A DNA stretch of 28,220 nt from a virus (IMGVR_UViG_3300025392_000641:1-28220); one strand, 5' to 3'. Shown: positions 1 to 11,018, counted from the stretch's first letter. The notes: generated from the letters alone by a model not told the origin. Translations and numbers: made by a program.

Positions 1-3
1 GGG

Positions 4-84
4 TACGCACTTTACCATAGGTTAATAAAGCGGATAATATTTTCAGCATTTTTATACGCACTTTGGTCATGCCCTCCAAAGCGG
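4..84 (-). promoter_or_regulatory. Tandem 30-nt RNA hairpin motif CCGCUUU-[stem-loop]-AAAGUGCGUA in a leader upstream of a gene beyond the window
   Basis: Copies at 55-84 and 4-33 share their flanks; inner stems differ but both still pair (GG/CC vs AUUA/UGGU). Confidence 0.6.
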
Positions 85-135
85 GTTTAGATAATTAGCG
101 CTCCTACGGCCACATAGGGCCAACCATCTACGTCA

Positions 136-144
136 ATTGTATCA
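136..144 (-). promoter_or_regulatory. Extended -10 promoter TGaTACAAT
   Basis: Matches the TGnTAnnnT motif seen repeatedly in this window; just downstream of the 469-aa gene stop. Confidence 0.55.
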
Positions 145-159
145 TTTTAATAACGAATG

Positions 160-1569
160 TTACGTCCTAGCGCTACCAAGCCCTACAACCCCCTTAGCGT
201 TTTCAACGTATCCACCACCCTTTTCAAACGGGGCGGCTGCGGCTTGTTCAGCACGGGCTACCTGAACTTGTTCGGCTATTTGATTGGTTCCAGCAAATCC
301 AGCAAGTTGTGAACCAATAAGTTGATTAGTGCTTACTGTTGGTGTCCCAGCGCCTGGGCTTGCCTTGGTAAGGCCAACGTCACGACTGGCGTTAAGAAGA
401 GAGTTTTGAATTTGACCCACTCCGTAACCTAACTGTTGATTGCCTTGAGTAGCCGCTAATTTGGCCATATCAGCCAATTGGTTAACACCTGTTTGGTCAA
501 TACCCTTAAGTCCGACACGGGTTGCGTAATCTTGAATTTCCGCTCCAGCAACTTGACGTTGCATAGTTTGAATGGCATTTTTAGGGTCCATAAAATAATG
601 CATAAGGTTTGCTGGTGATACCCCGTATTGTTTTTCAAGGATGTTTTTAGTGTTTTGGTCGGCATTAGATACGGCTGCGTAAATGTCTGTAACACGCTGT
701 TGATATTCTGCTGCGGAAACATGACCAGTAAGCAATTTACCTATGTCAGCCTGTGAAGGCATAGGAGCACCATATTGTGTTGCTGAATTTTGAACAGTAG
801 TTGAGTATTGCGTATATTGTGATTCAGTCATGTGAACAGCGCCAGGTTGATTATTGTAATCGTTAAGTCCTGGAAAAGCAGCATTGTAATCGGCTTTAAT
901 TTTTGCATCGGTGGCTTTACCTAATCCACTAGGAATATCTCCACGAAAAATGTCAAGCAAAGCATTTTGATTTACAATGTGGTCACCGTTAACTGTAACC
1001 AATTGCTGTACAAGACTACTTATATAATCTTTTTGCGCTGCTGTGTAATTCCAACTTTCAATAGTATTTCTAACATTGTCAATAGCATTTGCTTGTTGTG
1101 AAGCAGTAGCCGATGATATACCTGCTGCGGTTTGGTCACCAAGTGCTTTGGTTAATCCAGCAAGTGTTGCTTTTAAAGAAGATACTTGTGGGCTTTGTAC
1201 TTTGCCAAGGTTAAAATGAGCCTTTGTTAAAGCGTCGTAAGCGTCGTTAACTGCTGTTCCGGTTGAGGTTTCGTTTAAATTAAGGTGGTCCATTAAAGCC
1301 ATGCCCAAAGCAGGGTTTGAACCAGACAGCCAATTAAGGGCACTTAACAAAGTTGATTTTGTTGGTGTAACACCTATAGAACTACCTTGTGGGTAATACA
1401 AAAGATTTGTTTTGGTGTAATCGGTTACCACCCCCGTAACGGGGTCTGTGTATTTAAGTGGAAGTTTTGGTGCAAAAGCCTTAATAAAATCGCCAAGGTT
1501 TAATTGATTGCCTTGGCTTGCACTAAAGGTTGAACCTTGATTTGGTTTTGCTTTTGTTTTTGTTACCAT
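160..1569 (-). CDS. Putative virion/internal (ejection-type) protein, 469 aa
   Basis: Long ORF, TAATG-coupled to the upstream gene, A/Q/G-rich helical C-terminus, in the operon after the portal; function by context only. Confidence 0.6.
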   Translation of the reverse strand: MVTKTKAKPNQGSTFSASQGNQLNLGDFIKAFAPKLPLKYTDPVTGVVTDYTKTNLLYYPQGSSIGVTPTKSTLLSALNWLSGSNPALGMALMDHLNLNETSTGTAVNDAYDALTKAHFNLGKVQSPQVSSLKATLAGLTKALGDQTAAGISSATASQQANAIDNVRNTIESWNYTAAQKDYISSLVQQLVTVNGDHIVNQNALLDIFRGDIPSGLGKATDAKIKADYNAAFPGLNDYNNQPGAVHMTESQYTQYSTTVQNSATQYGAPMPSQADIGKLLTGHVSAAEYQQRVTDIYAAVSNADQNTKNILEKQYGVSPANLMHYFMDPKNAIQTMQRQVAGAEIQDYATRVGLKGIDQTGVNQLADMAKLAATQGNQQLGYGVGQIQNSLLNASRDVGLTKASPGAGTPTVSTNQLIGSQLAGFAGTNQIAEQVQVARAEQAAAAPFEKGGGYVENAKGVVGLGSART

Positions 1570-2069
1570 TATTGTGCTCCCCTTGGTGTCTCAAGACCTT
1601 GTTTAAGATTGTTAAGCATTGAATTAACTCTTGCGTGAGCCTCTGGCGTATAACCCCAACCAAATGAAGGTTCAGACATAAGGTGACTTTTCCATTGGTC
1701 AAGCGTCATGGGCGTTGGTCGCCCAGTTTTTTCGTCTATTCCACCTTGCAAGGCAGCAGCAGATTTGTGGTCGTTAATAAAATCAGGTTCAAATTGCTCA
1801 CCAAGTGTTTGTTTTCCTATTTGACGGTAAGGGTCAAGAAGGTGAGCGGTAGGAATACCTGCGGCAATCTGTGGAGCAAAAGCGGGGTAAAGACCTTGTG
1901 CGGTTGTTTTTAAGTATTCTTCAAAAGCATTAGCCTTGGCAGGAGTTACCCCACCCTCACCAACAATTTCTCTCAATGTTGATTCGGCCATGGGTACTTG
2001 ATATTTATGAGCAAGGTCTTTCATGTCTGACACGCCCATAGTTTTTTCTTCTATTTTTTCTTCTGGCAT
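1569..2069 (-). CDS. Hypothetical virion-associated protein, 166 aa
   Basis: Tightly packed ORF between the 2203-aa and 469-aa genes. Confidence 0.65.
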   Translation of the reverse strand: MPEEKIEEKTMGVSDMKDLAHKYQVPMAESTLREIVGEGGVTPAKANAFEEYLKTTAQGLYPAFAPQIAAGIPTAHLLDPYRQIGKQTLGEQFEPDFINDHKSAAALQGGIDEKTGRPTPMTLDQWKSHLMSEPSFGWGYTPEAHARVNSMLNNLKQGLETPRGAQ

Positions 2070-2070
2070 A

Positions 2071-5000
2071 TTATAAACCCTTCGTTGGTAGTCCTCGTAG
2101 AACTGATGTCATAAAATACGATTGTTTTGCCCAGTATGGGTTGTTTGTTGCTTCGTCGGTTACCCAGTTATACCATGCGCTTTCAACTGCTGAAGCATCT
2201 GTTTTATCACCGGCAGCAATCAAACCTTTTACTTGACCAATAACTTGATTGTATTGACCAAGAATGTTTTGAAATTTGTCTTTTTCTGTTTTTGGCAAAA
2301 GTTGTTTTGACACATTAGGGTCAGCAAGCATTTTTGTCATTTCGTTGTACGCTTTAATTTCTATGTCATGTTTTTGACCACCATTGAATGATGCAAGCCA
2401 GGTTGGGTTAGTTGAATTACCATACGCTTGTGCAGCGGTTTTTAAAGCGTTCCATTGTGTGCTAGTCGTGCTCTGTCCAGCCACATCACCGTTACCACCA
2501 AATTCTGGTTGTGTTGCTAAATAGTTGTAGTAATAATCGTTGCCAGCAGATACAAGAAGACTATTTAAATAATCTTGTGGTGCTTGACGGGAACGAAGTC
2601 CAAGTGACATTTCAAGCGTGTACGCACCTGCGTCGTAAGTTGAATTACGGTCAATAAGGTATGCGGCGGCGTTTGGATATGCTTTTGTAATTTCTGGGTG
2701 ATTTGTAAGAATTTTAACCGCAGAACTTGTTTCTGGATAAGTAGCATACGTAGACATACTGTGCGCTGTTAGGTCCAATACATTGTAAGGGTACAACTCA
2801 CCAAATTTTGTAGCGGCTTCTGCAAAAGTGTATTTATTTTTAGTGTCGGGATTAATGCTATTTTGAATAGCAGAAAATTCTTTAGTTTTAGAAAATTGGT
2901 TATTAAGAGAAACGGCTACTGGCGTACCAAAAGCAATCACACTTTTTACAAGCATCATAGTAACAGCAGCGGCTTTGGCACGGTCTAGGAAATCTTGGTA
3001 ATACGTGTGGTCATTAAACAATTTTGTAATTTCTAGTTCAGCGTTTCCTCGACAGTAAGTTACAATTTCGTCTTTTGTCCATGGCTTTCCAGTCCAACTA
3101 TTTACGCCAGTAAAATCCGTGTTGTTAAAAACTTTGTTGTATTGTTGTTTAAACAAATTATCTACAGCGTTGTTCATAATTGAATTTTGCGCACTGATTT
3201 GAGCGGTGCTCATAAGGTCGGTTGCCCCAAAAGCACTGGCTATAGAAGTTGCTGAGTCAAGTAAATTTCTTCCAATTGTAGATGGGAAAAAGTCACTTTG
3301 CATTGAAGAACTTTGAGCAATGGGTCCAAGAAATGCAGAAGACATTTTTTTGGCTAAAGAATTAGTATCTGTTCCGTAAAGTTTTTCTACCAATTTTACA
3401 GGAATGGTAACAAGAGGTCCCCATGATGGTCGAGCAAGTCCCAAAAGCCCTGCAAAACCGCTTTGAGCGCCTGTAGGGAATACAGAAGCAACAGAACCTG
3501 GGTCGGCAGCAAGACCAAAACCAAGACTGGTAAATGGAGATGCGTCACCACCCATTGCAGGAATGTTTGCGCCCATTACTCCAGCAACACCCATAAACGT
3601 TGCCCCAGGAATAGCAATGCTTGGGTAAGCGCCACCAGCACTTAGGTTACTAATGTAATTAGTTACACCAAGGCTTAACTTTAAATACTTTTCAAATGCA
3701 CCTGGGTTTTCGTGCAATACACGGAAAGCACGACGCCAAGCCTGATTCTGAGCAAAATAAAACGGAGCCGCAACACGCATGTTAACTTCAAACATGGTTT
3801 TGTCTTTGGGGTTGTGAACATATTTAATCATGTTGGTCATGGCACGTTGGTCGGCAACAACTTGAGCCGTTGCTTCGTCAATAATGTTTCCATCTACCAT
3901 TCCACGTAATGCTTCCATGGCGTTGTGGTGTTCAAGAAGAAAGATGGGTTCACGAACAAGTCTGTTAACAATTGGTCCAAGAATTTTGTCGTGACCCTTT
4001 TGTGAAATGTTTTTAAGAAAATCAGTAGCAGATGCGCTACCAAGAGCGTCGTGTGCTACTCCACCAGGAGCGGGAATGTGCTTAGGCTCTGCACCTCTTG
4101 ACATTTTTTTTACGTCAGCAGCAAAAGCCATTTCATCTTTAATGTTTCCAGTAGCCGCTTGGTCTACAAGAGTAGAGTGAAATATGGTATTCCCTCTTGA
4201 ATCAAGACCGCTAACACTTGCCATAACGTGTTCAACAATGGCGTTAGCCCAGTCTTCATGTGCATTAGCACCGCTAAGTGGACCTGTCTTCATGCGCCCT
4301 GTGTCTCGTGCAAATCGTGCACGTTCTGCGGGGTCCATGTTTTTAATATCTTGCAAGGCACCTTTACGTAATTCATCTCGCAATGCAAGTACTTGTTCGG
4401 GCTTCCTAAAATCTTTTGCTCCAGCGCCAATTGCGGCTTCCCAACGTCCTGTTTGGTCACCTACAAATCCTTTAGCGCCAGCATTGTGTATGTCTCTCCA
4501 CGTCATGTGAGATGCAAGAAGTTCACCTGTTTTTTCTTCTCCACGGGCAAACATAATGTCAGCCAAACGACCAAACGTTGGTTGAAGCAATGCGTCAGTT
4601 GAACCACTTGCAATGTTCATGCGTAAGGCTTTGGCGTATCCTACGGAACCAATGTTTTTAGATTCAAACGATTTGTTGCTTACTGCTTGTGCCAAAACAG
4701 ATTCGCCCTTGTCATTTAAACCAACAGTCGTTTTTAAAAGCGCTGTTTTTAACGTGTTGTCGTTAAATACAGTTTCGCCTACATCGTGAACGCCACCAGG
4801 CAAGTGACCATCATGGCGCATAATCGTACCAACAAAGTCTTCTAACATGCGGTCACGTCGTGCTTGGTCAAAACCTTTAATAAGGTTGCGTTCAATACCA
4901 AGCAATGCTCCAGCGACAACATCTCGTATAAGGGTACGTTCAGATTTGCCAGCAGCCGTAATTAACTTTGCACCGTAAACTTCATGTTTGGCAATAGCCT

Positions 5001-8000
5001 GAGTAATCTTTGCGTCGAATGAAGCCCAACCACCAAAACGAAGACTGTTAAGAGTTGCTTCTGATGCAGACACACGCAACGCCCATCCACCAGAAAACAA
5101 CGCTAACGGAACAAATGTCTTACTTAAGAATCTATTAAGTCCGTCGACACCTTTTTGAAAAGTGGGAGTGTAAGGGTTTTTTTCTGCATGCCATTTTTCA
5201 ATTTGTTCGTTAAATTGTTCTTTAAGAATCTTGTCGGCCTCTGCTTTTGTTTTAGTTGCCTTAACGTATTCTTGTGCATTTTTACGAACTTCTTCTATAG
5301 GGCGAGCAGGTGATGTCATACGAACTTCCATTTGACGAAGTGCATCTTCGTAAGCAGTTATTTGACCCTTTAAACCAGAAAGAACATCAGGGGCAGTATT
5401 AACGTTAATGTTTGGATACGTTGCCATAATTTCATCAACAGCCTGAGCATAAACTTCTTCGCCAACTCTTGCTTTGCTAATTTGAATAACTTCGGACAAT
5501 GCGTTTATAGAACGTTGAAGATTTGCTTTTTCTACTCGCAAAGCATCGTAAGCAGTTGTAAAACGTTGTGAATCAATCAAATCAGGATTTGTGTGTGCTT
5601 CTTTAACAATTTGCTGAATGTCGTTTTTTGCTTTGTTGTAACCAGTAATTGCTTTGTTTTCAAGCGATGGGTTTTTTTCGACAGCATTTGTGTGGCTGTC
5701 TTTTACCCAACCGGTACCTTCGTCTTCAAGGTTTTTAATTTTATTAAGTGCATCTTGAGCATCAGCCATGTCATTGTTAAGAATGGCTAGGTTTAAATCT
5801 ACCGCTATTTTTTGTGCTTCTGTAGTTGTAGGCTGTGCTTCCCACAATGCACGAAGTTTTTGCACTTTTTCGTTTTGTGTTGCAATTGCAGGTTTAATTG
5901 AATCGCCATAACGTAATGTTTGAGAAAAGTGCTTGTCAAGAAGGTTTTGTAATCTACGAACTTTTTCGTCAATGTACATTTTGTTACCAGACTGTGCAAG
6001 TTCACGGAAAATATCTCCCGCACCTTCTAGGTCATATCGAATACTAGATGCTTCACCCCAACCATCTTTAGCGTGAATGATTTCTTCTTGATTAGCATCC
6101 TGAAAACGAAATGGGTCACGAGCGCCTTGTGCTTCAAGTTGACCAGTGCTAACTTTTCCAATACGTTCTAATTGATTGTCTAATCCAGCAAGCCTTGGAT
6201 TATGAAAATCAACAACCGTCTGTAATTGTTTAATAGTCATGTCTTGCGTGCGTGAAAATTTTGCAGATTCTGTTTTTGCAAAATCAAGTGAAACGCCACG
6301 TACTTTGGCAGCAAGACCACGAAGTTCAGCGGTTCGTGGAAAACGAAGTTCTCCTAAGTGGTTCATTCCAATACCTGCGTATGCTTCAATGCCAGATTCG
6401 GCATGAACAACTGCAGAAATGTCTGCACCGTTAATACCAGCGGCATAAAGACCTACAGCGCCACCACCGTCAAGACCGGTCATTTTTACAACTTCGTTCC
6501 AAATGTGGTCAGAAGAAGTACCAATAAATGTAGCCAATTCATCGTGATTCAAACCTGCGGTAGCACGGCGCATAACAGCGTGATACATAGCGTGACGATA
6601 AACGCTTATGTAATCATGTGGGTTTTTTGTTTGAAGAAGCAAATCTCCTACACCCTTAACAACGTTTTCGGGAAGTAATGACGCACGTAAAAAATCCATT
6701 ATGGCAGGAATAGCGTTAACGCTACCCGGACGAATTACTGAGTTTTCAACTTTATTAGTAAGTTCATCAATATACATTTGACTACGGGTAAATCGTGTTT
6801 CTAGCCAACGAGCAAATGAATTTAAAGAACGAGTAGCAAGATTATTGTCAGCATAATTAAGTTCTGTTTTTGGCTTCATTGGAATTCCGCCAGTGTCTTT
6901 TAAAGTTTCCGCATCACTAGAAATTTGTTCTAAAAATTTTCCGTCAACTCCAAGTAAGTTTCCCGCAGTTCCAAAACTACTTAATTTACCTTTAAGTGCG
7001 GCTTTAGTAATTTCATACATGCTAAGTGTTGGCACCATGCTTTTAGTCATGGCAACGCTTTCGGCAATGTCACGGTGAATCTGCATTACTTCTTCAACGC
7101 TTTTTGCCTCACCTAATTGAGAAATAATATCGCTAGCCTTAATTCCTTTTTTGGCGTCATCAATGTAAGTGTTTCTAAAAGTGTCTGCAATTTCATTGGC
7201 ACTGTGTGTGGCCATGTATTCAAATGCTTTACGTACACGACGGTATTGAGAAGCGGCAATATCAATGCTGTCTGCTCCACGAATACCAAGTCCACCAAAC
7301 CAAGCGCCTAGGCGACCAGTAAAACCACCAAAAGAACGTGATTGTCCTAAAACTTTTCCGTATGCACCTAATGGGTCTGTTCCAAGCCATTTAGTGTAAA
7401 AATCTGTTAACCCAGATACAGGCGAAAAAAACATGTTGCCTTTGTCTATACCAAAGTATGAAGCAATCATTTGACCGTTAGTTCCCATAGGGTGCCCGTA
7501 TTGGTCAATTGCAACACCGTTACGAACGTTAGGGTCATTCCAAATTGCAGCAAGTGCAGGATTCTTTTGAGCAGTTGCTTGAGTAATGGCGTACATAGTA
7601 TTAAGTTTTACGTCAGTCATTGGTTTGCCAATGGCCTTAGCAACACGTATAACTCCGCCTAATGGTTTTGTAGCATATTCAAGAGTTTTAGCAGTGGCAC
7701 GCATTGAACGACTTAATTGAGCGACACGACCAGCACGTTGTCCCTGTGCAATCTCTTGAGCAGCATCTTGTTTCATACGTGCCATCTGACGTGATGCAGC
7801 GGCTCTTACGGCTGCTTGGTCTTCTTCAGATAAAGTGCGTCCGGCTCGGAATGCTTCTCCAGCACTTTGCACCATTGCTGCGTCTTCTGCTGCTGTTGCA
7901 CCTACGTCTGCTGCGCTAAAAGCACCATCAGTTGCAAACCCTGCGGCAAGTGCGGGGGCGGCATAACCAATTGCGTATCCCCAACCGTAACGTTTAGCAA

Positions 8001-8682
8001 GGGAATTGTAAAATGCCATGTTGTGAGACATAAGCATAAAGACGTTGCCGCTACTCCATGGATTAACCATGTTTCCAACAGTATCAATTACATTTTTGGT
8101 TGTATCAAATGCGTCAGCAAGACCAGAAAAATTTGTGTTCCAACCTTTAGGTCCATAAAGACCGAGAGTTGCTAATTCTGCTCCAGTCATACCAACTCGG
8201 TTATTAATGTCTTCAACAAATTTTCCTGTGTCTTTTGCAAATGAAAGAACACCTTTGCCAATTGATTCTGCGGCGTTAGGAAGACTATTAGGGTTGGTCC
8301 AAAAATTTGCTACATCTTTTGTAGCGTTTGCGGCATGGTCCCACATGCTTGCGGTGCTGTGCCACAATGAACTCCAAAAACCAGGGCCGTGAGATGCGTT
8401 AGGGTCGCTTTGCGCTTGATTAATAGCATGTTCTTTGATACCGCCATACATTGTTAGATATTGAACAGCGTTAGAAACTTGAGTTGAATCAAGACCGTTT
8501 TGATGAGCAAAACCACCAAGCAAAGAAGGGTCTTGTGTTAAATGAGGATTGTTTTCAACAATGTTTTTTAATGAAGCAGCAACTGGTTCTTTCATTGAGC
8601 CAAGTGCGGATTCACCTATAAAACGTTGGTCACGTGAATCTTGAAATCCACCTGATTCTGAATATATTGGATTTTCAGGCAT
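2071..8682 (-). CDS. Giant 2203-aa protein, probable internal virion/DNA-ejection protein
   Basis: Uninterrupted 6.6-kb ORF two genes after the portal; mostly helical with Gly/Ala-rich hydrophobic patches; no catalytic motif recognised. Confidence 0.65.
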   Translation of the reverse strand: MPENPIYSESGGFQDSRDQRFIGESALGSMKEPVAASLKNIVENNPHLTQDPSLLGGFAHQNGLDSTQVSNAVQYLTMYGGIKEHAINQAQSDPNASHGPGFWSSLWHSTASMWDHAANATKDVANFWTNPNSLPNAAESIGKGVLSFAKDTGKFVEDINNRVGMTGAELATLGLYGPKGWNTNFSGLADAFDTTKNVIDTVGNMVNPWSSGNVFMLMSHNMAFYNSLAKRYGWGYAIGYAAPALAAGFATDGAFSAADVGATAAEDAAMVQSAGEAFRAGRTLSEEDQAAVRAAASRQMARMKQDAAQEIAQGQRAGRVAQLSRSMRATAKTLEYATKPLGGVIRVAKAIGKPMTDVKLNTMYAITQATAQKNPALAAIWNDPNVRNGVAIDQYGHPMGTNGQMIASYFGIDKGNMFFSPVSGLTDFYTKWLGTDPLGAYGKVLGQSRSFGGFTGRLGAWFGGLGIRGADSIDIAASQYRRVRKAFEYMATHSANEIADTFRNTYIDDAKKGIKASDIISQLGEAKSVEEVMQIHRDIAESVAMTKSMVPTLSMYEITKAALKGKLSSFGTAGNLLGVDGKFLEQISSDAETLKDTGGIPMKPKTELNYADNNLATRSLNSFARWLETRFTRSQMYIDELTNKVENSVIRPGSVNAIPAIMDFLRASLLPENVVKGVGDLLLQTKNPHDYISVYRHAMYHAVMRRATAGLNHDELATFIGTSSDHIWNEVVKMTGLDGGGAVGLYAAGINGADISAVVHAESGIEAYAGIGMNHLGELRFPRTAELRGLAAKVRGVSLDFAKTESAKFSRTQDMTIKQLQTVVDFHNPRLAGLDNQLERIGKVSTGQLEAQGARDPFRFQDANQEEIIHAKDGWGEASSIRYDLEGAGDIFRELAQSGNKMYIDEKVRRLQNLLDKHFSQTLRYGDSIKPAIATQNEKVQKLRALWEAQPTTTEAQKIAVDLNLAILNNDMADAQDALNKIKNLEDEGTGWVKDSHTNAVEKNPSLENKAITGYNKAKNDIQQIVKEAHTNPDLIDSQRFTTAYDALRVEKANLQRSINALSEVIQISKARVGEEVYAQAVDEIMATYPNINVNTAPDVLSGLKGQITAYEDALRQMEVRMTSPARPIEEVRKNAQEYVKATKTKAEADKILKEQFNEQIEKWHAEKNPYTPTFQKGVDGLNRFLSKTFVPLALFSGGWALRVSASEATLNSLRFGGWASFDAKITQAIAKHEVYGAKLITAAGKSERTLIRDVVAGALLGIERNLIKGFDQARRDRMLEDFVGTIMRHDGHLPGGVHDVGETVFNDNTLKTALLKTTVGLNDKGESVLAQAVSNKSFESKNIGSVGYAKALRMNIASGSTDALLQPTFGRLADIMFARGEEKTGELLASHMTWRDIHNAGAKGFVGDQTGRWEAAIGAGAKDFRKPEQVLALRDELRKGALQDIKNMDPAERARFARDTGRMKTGPLSGANAHEDWANAIVEHVMASVSGLDSRGNTIFHSTLVDQAATGNIKDEMAFAADVKKMSRGAEPKHIPAPGGVAHDALGSASATDFLKNISQKGHDKILGPIVNRLVREPIFLLEHHNAMEALRGMVDGNIIDEATAQVVADQRAMTNMIKYVHNPKDKTMFEVNMRVAAPFYFAQNQAWRRAFRVLHENPGAFEKYLKLSLGVTNYISNLSAGGAYPSIAIPGATFMGVAGVMGANIPAMGGDASPFTSLGFGLAADPGSVASVFPTGAQSGFAGLLGLARPSWGPLVTIPVKLVEKLYGTDTNSLAKKMSSAFLGPIAQSSSMQSDFFPSTIGRNLLDSATSIASAFGATDLMSTAQISAQNSIMNNAVDNLFKQQYNKVFNNTDFTGVNSWTGKPWTKDEIVTYCRGNAELEITKLFNDHTYYQDFLDRAKAAAVTMMLVKSVIAFGTPVAVSLNNQFSKTKEFSAIQNSINPDTKNKYTFAEAATKFGELYPYNVLDLTAHSMSTYATYPETSSAVKILTNHPEITKAYPNAAAYLIDRNSTYDAGAYTLEMSLGLRSRQAPQDYLNSLLVSAGNDYYYNYLATQPEFGGNGDVAGQSTTSTQWNALKTAAQAYGNSTNPTWLASFNGGQKHDIEIKAYNEMTKMLADPNVSKQLLPKTEKDKFQNILGQYNQVIGQVKGLIAAGDKTDASAVESAWYNWVTDEATNNPYWAKQSYFMTSVLRGLPTKGL

Positions 8683-9098
8683 TAAAGACCTAGAGATTTA
8701 GCAGACGAAGCAAGCATTGTGGCAAGTGAAGACGCTCCACTGCTACTTGCCGCAGCAGAAAGAATTTGTCCTAAATTTGCGTAAGATGGTCCCATTGCTT
8801 CTGGTCCCGCTCCAGGACCAAATGGCAGTCCTGTAGTTACAGGTTCATTAGGTCGTTGCGTTGGCTCTAAATGCGGGAACGAACCTGGTTGTGGCATGGG
8901 AGCCGCAGATGCTTGAGGTTGAGCAGAAGCGGAAGGTGATGAAGCCATTGGAACGGCACGTTGTGCCGCTTGCTGTACAGCAGCCTTGCCGTAGTCTTGT
9001 CCTGGAACTGTACTAATAGGCATGTTTAAATCTGTACGGTTACCGTACGCTGTACCTGGTGTTCCTTGGCGCTCTCCGCCTTTACCTTTACGTGGCAT
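8682..9098 (-). CDS. Pro/Ala-rich hypothetical protein following the portal, 138 aa
   Basis: Starts 3 nt after the portal stop, TAATG overlap with the next gene; motif PTQRPNEPVTTGLPFGPG. Confidence 0.75.
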   Translation of the reverse strand: MPRKGKGGERQGTPGTAYGNRTDLNMPISTVPGQDYGKAAVQQAAQRAVPMASSPSASAQPQASAAPMPQPGSFPHLEPTQRPNEPVTTGLPFGPGAGPEAMGPSYANLGQILSAAASSSGASSLATMLASSAKSLGL

Positions 9099-9101
9099 GT
9101 A

Positions 9102-11018
9102 TTAAACTCCTGCTGGTGCTGGTGCTGGTGCCTGAGCAACTGCTGGTGCCATTCCACCTGCGGCTTGCCCACCTGGAGCACCGCCACCGTGTAATGAAGC
9201 AAGAAGTTCTTGCATATTTGGTTGGCCTTGCGGGGCACCACCTTGAACTGGGTTATCTGGTGATACACCCATTCCAGGTTGAACTTCTGGTGCACCTGGT
9301 TGAGGGGCACCTTCCGGTCCTGCTTGTCCTTGCATTGCTTGAGCCTTGGCCGCTTGTTCTTCTTGCATTTCTTTGTGAATTTTGTCAACTGCATCTTCAA
9401 GCGTCATGTGACGTTGTGCTTTCATTTTAGCAATACGAGCAATAATAGAAGGGTCTAGTTGACCTTGAGATGCCTGTTGTTCAAGTCCGGTAAGAAGTGC
9501 TTTACGCAATCCTTCAATTTCTACACGGTCTGCTTCCAACGCTGGGTCTTCAATTGCAGGGTCCATGGTGCGTGCTGTCTCGTTAGACATGATGCCCATA
9601 CCTACACGCTGACCAATTGAAACAACCATAGCGTTAATGTCTGAACCAGGCATAGGATATTTAACATACGAAACTGTAGTGTCAAATGTTTCATTAGGTG
9701 TGTAATCTTCGTTAACAACCTTGCCATCTCCACCCATGAAGAACATAGAAGGTTTAGAACCGTAGTATGACTTCATAATTTGAACAGCACGTATGTTTTC
9801 CAACTCCATAGAGTTAGAAAAGATTTCCTGGTATTCCTGGAGTGGCATGTCAACTGCGCTGGACAGGACTGATGCGCCACGTCGGGCGGTACGAATGTTA
9901 GAACCTGACTCGCCTCCAAATTCGGCAGGAATACCAGCCGTAAGGCGCTGTGCTCGCTCAAGGCGGTCCAGTGCCATCGGTGCATCTTGGGTTTGCTGTG
10001 GATGAACAATTTGAATTTGTCCTTTATCCAAAATACCTCGAATGCCTTGTTTTCCATCAGCCTCTACAATTACACGAGGACTGGTAGGAGCGTTAGCAGG
10101 AGATACAACCCATTCGTCTGGGAACACGTTGCGGAATACTGCAATTGTGTTAAGTGCGTCTAACTTGGCTTCACGCTGGTACATACCAAGCATTTGGTCA
10201 AACTGACCCTGAAGACGGTCAAGTGTAATACGTCCAGCAATAACAACTGGGCAAATGTCAGAACGGTTAGGAATACGTTCAAGAATTATGTGCGACGCAA
10301 CACCTTTGCCGGTTTCGGTACTGAACGCTTGAGCCTTTGGTTTTTCAGCACCAATAGCAATAAGTACTGTTTCCCCTTCGTCTAAGTATTCAAGAATTTC
10401 AAACATGTCAGTGTCGGATTTATCACCACGGTACAAAATAGATGTTTGTTTTGGGTAATTTTCCTTCATCCAACCAAGAGGTCGACGGTCTGCAAAAATG
10501 CAATCGGTTGGTTCCATGTTGTCTGGGTCAATCATTGGTGCAGGGAATGTCTGCAATGGGTTACGTACACGCCAATGTGGAATTTTACGTTTGTCGTTAG
10601 GGTCAAGCGATACTGGAGAAAGTGATACGGCAGACATACCGTATGCAGTTAAATGACGACTACGACGGCGAACTTTAGTTCCCATCTTGTTCATGTCCCA
10701 CCAACCAAGGTTGGCTAGGCGACGGTCACGAGCACGATTGTCGGCAACCTGAATACCAGGGCGAAGTGAAGGGTATTGAACGTCTGGAAGAACCGACGCA
10801 ACTCGCATAGCAAAAGCATCAATACCTTGTGCAATCAAATTGGGAATAGCAGGTTTTTCTGATTCGTCTAATTCTGGTAGTGGAACAATTACGTCACCGT
10901 TGTAGTGGTCACGTACTTCTTGCATACGTCGAAACATCCCACTGCGGGACATACGGCGCTCCTGATACATAGTGACAATCTGGCCAGCGGCCTTGTCGTT
11001 GTCAGGGGATAGTGCCAT
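9102..11018 (-). CDS. Portal (head-tail connector) protein, 638 aa
   Basis: Directly follows the terminase; portal-like size and composition; low-complexity Q/P/A/G C-terminal tail as in podovirus-type portals. Confidence 0.8.
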   Translation of the reverse strand: MALSPDNDKAAGQIVTMYQERRMSRSGMFRRMQEVRDHYNGDVIVPLPELDESEKPAIPNLIAQGIDAFAMRVASVLPDVQYPSLRPGIQVADNRARDRRLANLGWWDMNKMGTKVRRRSRHLTAYGMSAVSLSPVSLDPNDKRKIPHWRVRNPLQTFPAPMIDPDNMEPTDCIFADRRPLGWMKENYPKQTSILYRGDKSDTDMFEILEYLDEGETVLIAIGAEKPKAQAFSTETGKGVASHIILERIPNRSDICPVVIAGRITLDRLQGQFDQMLGMYQREAKLDALNTIAVFRNVFPDEWVVSPANAPTSPRVIVEADGKQGIRGILDKGQIQIVHPQQTQDAPMALDRLERAQRLTAGIPAEFGGESGSNIRTARRGASVLSSAVDMPLQEYQEIFSNSMELENIRAVQIMKSYYGSKPSMFFMGGDGKVVNEDYTPNETFDTTVSYVKYPMPGSDINAMVVSIGQRVGMGIMSNETARTMDPAIEDPALEADRVEIEGLRKALLTGLEQQASQGQLDPSIIARIAKMKAQRHMTLEDAVDKIHKEMQEEQAAKAQAMQGQAGPEGAPQPGAPEVQPGMGVSPDNPVQGGAPQGQPNMQELLASLHGGGAPGGQAAGGMAPAVAQAPAPAPAGV

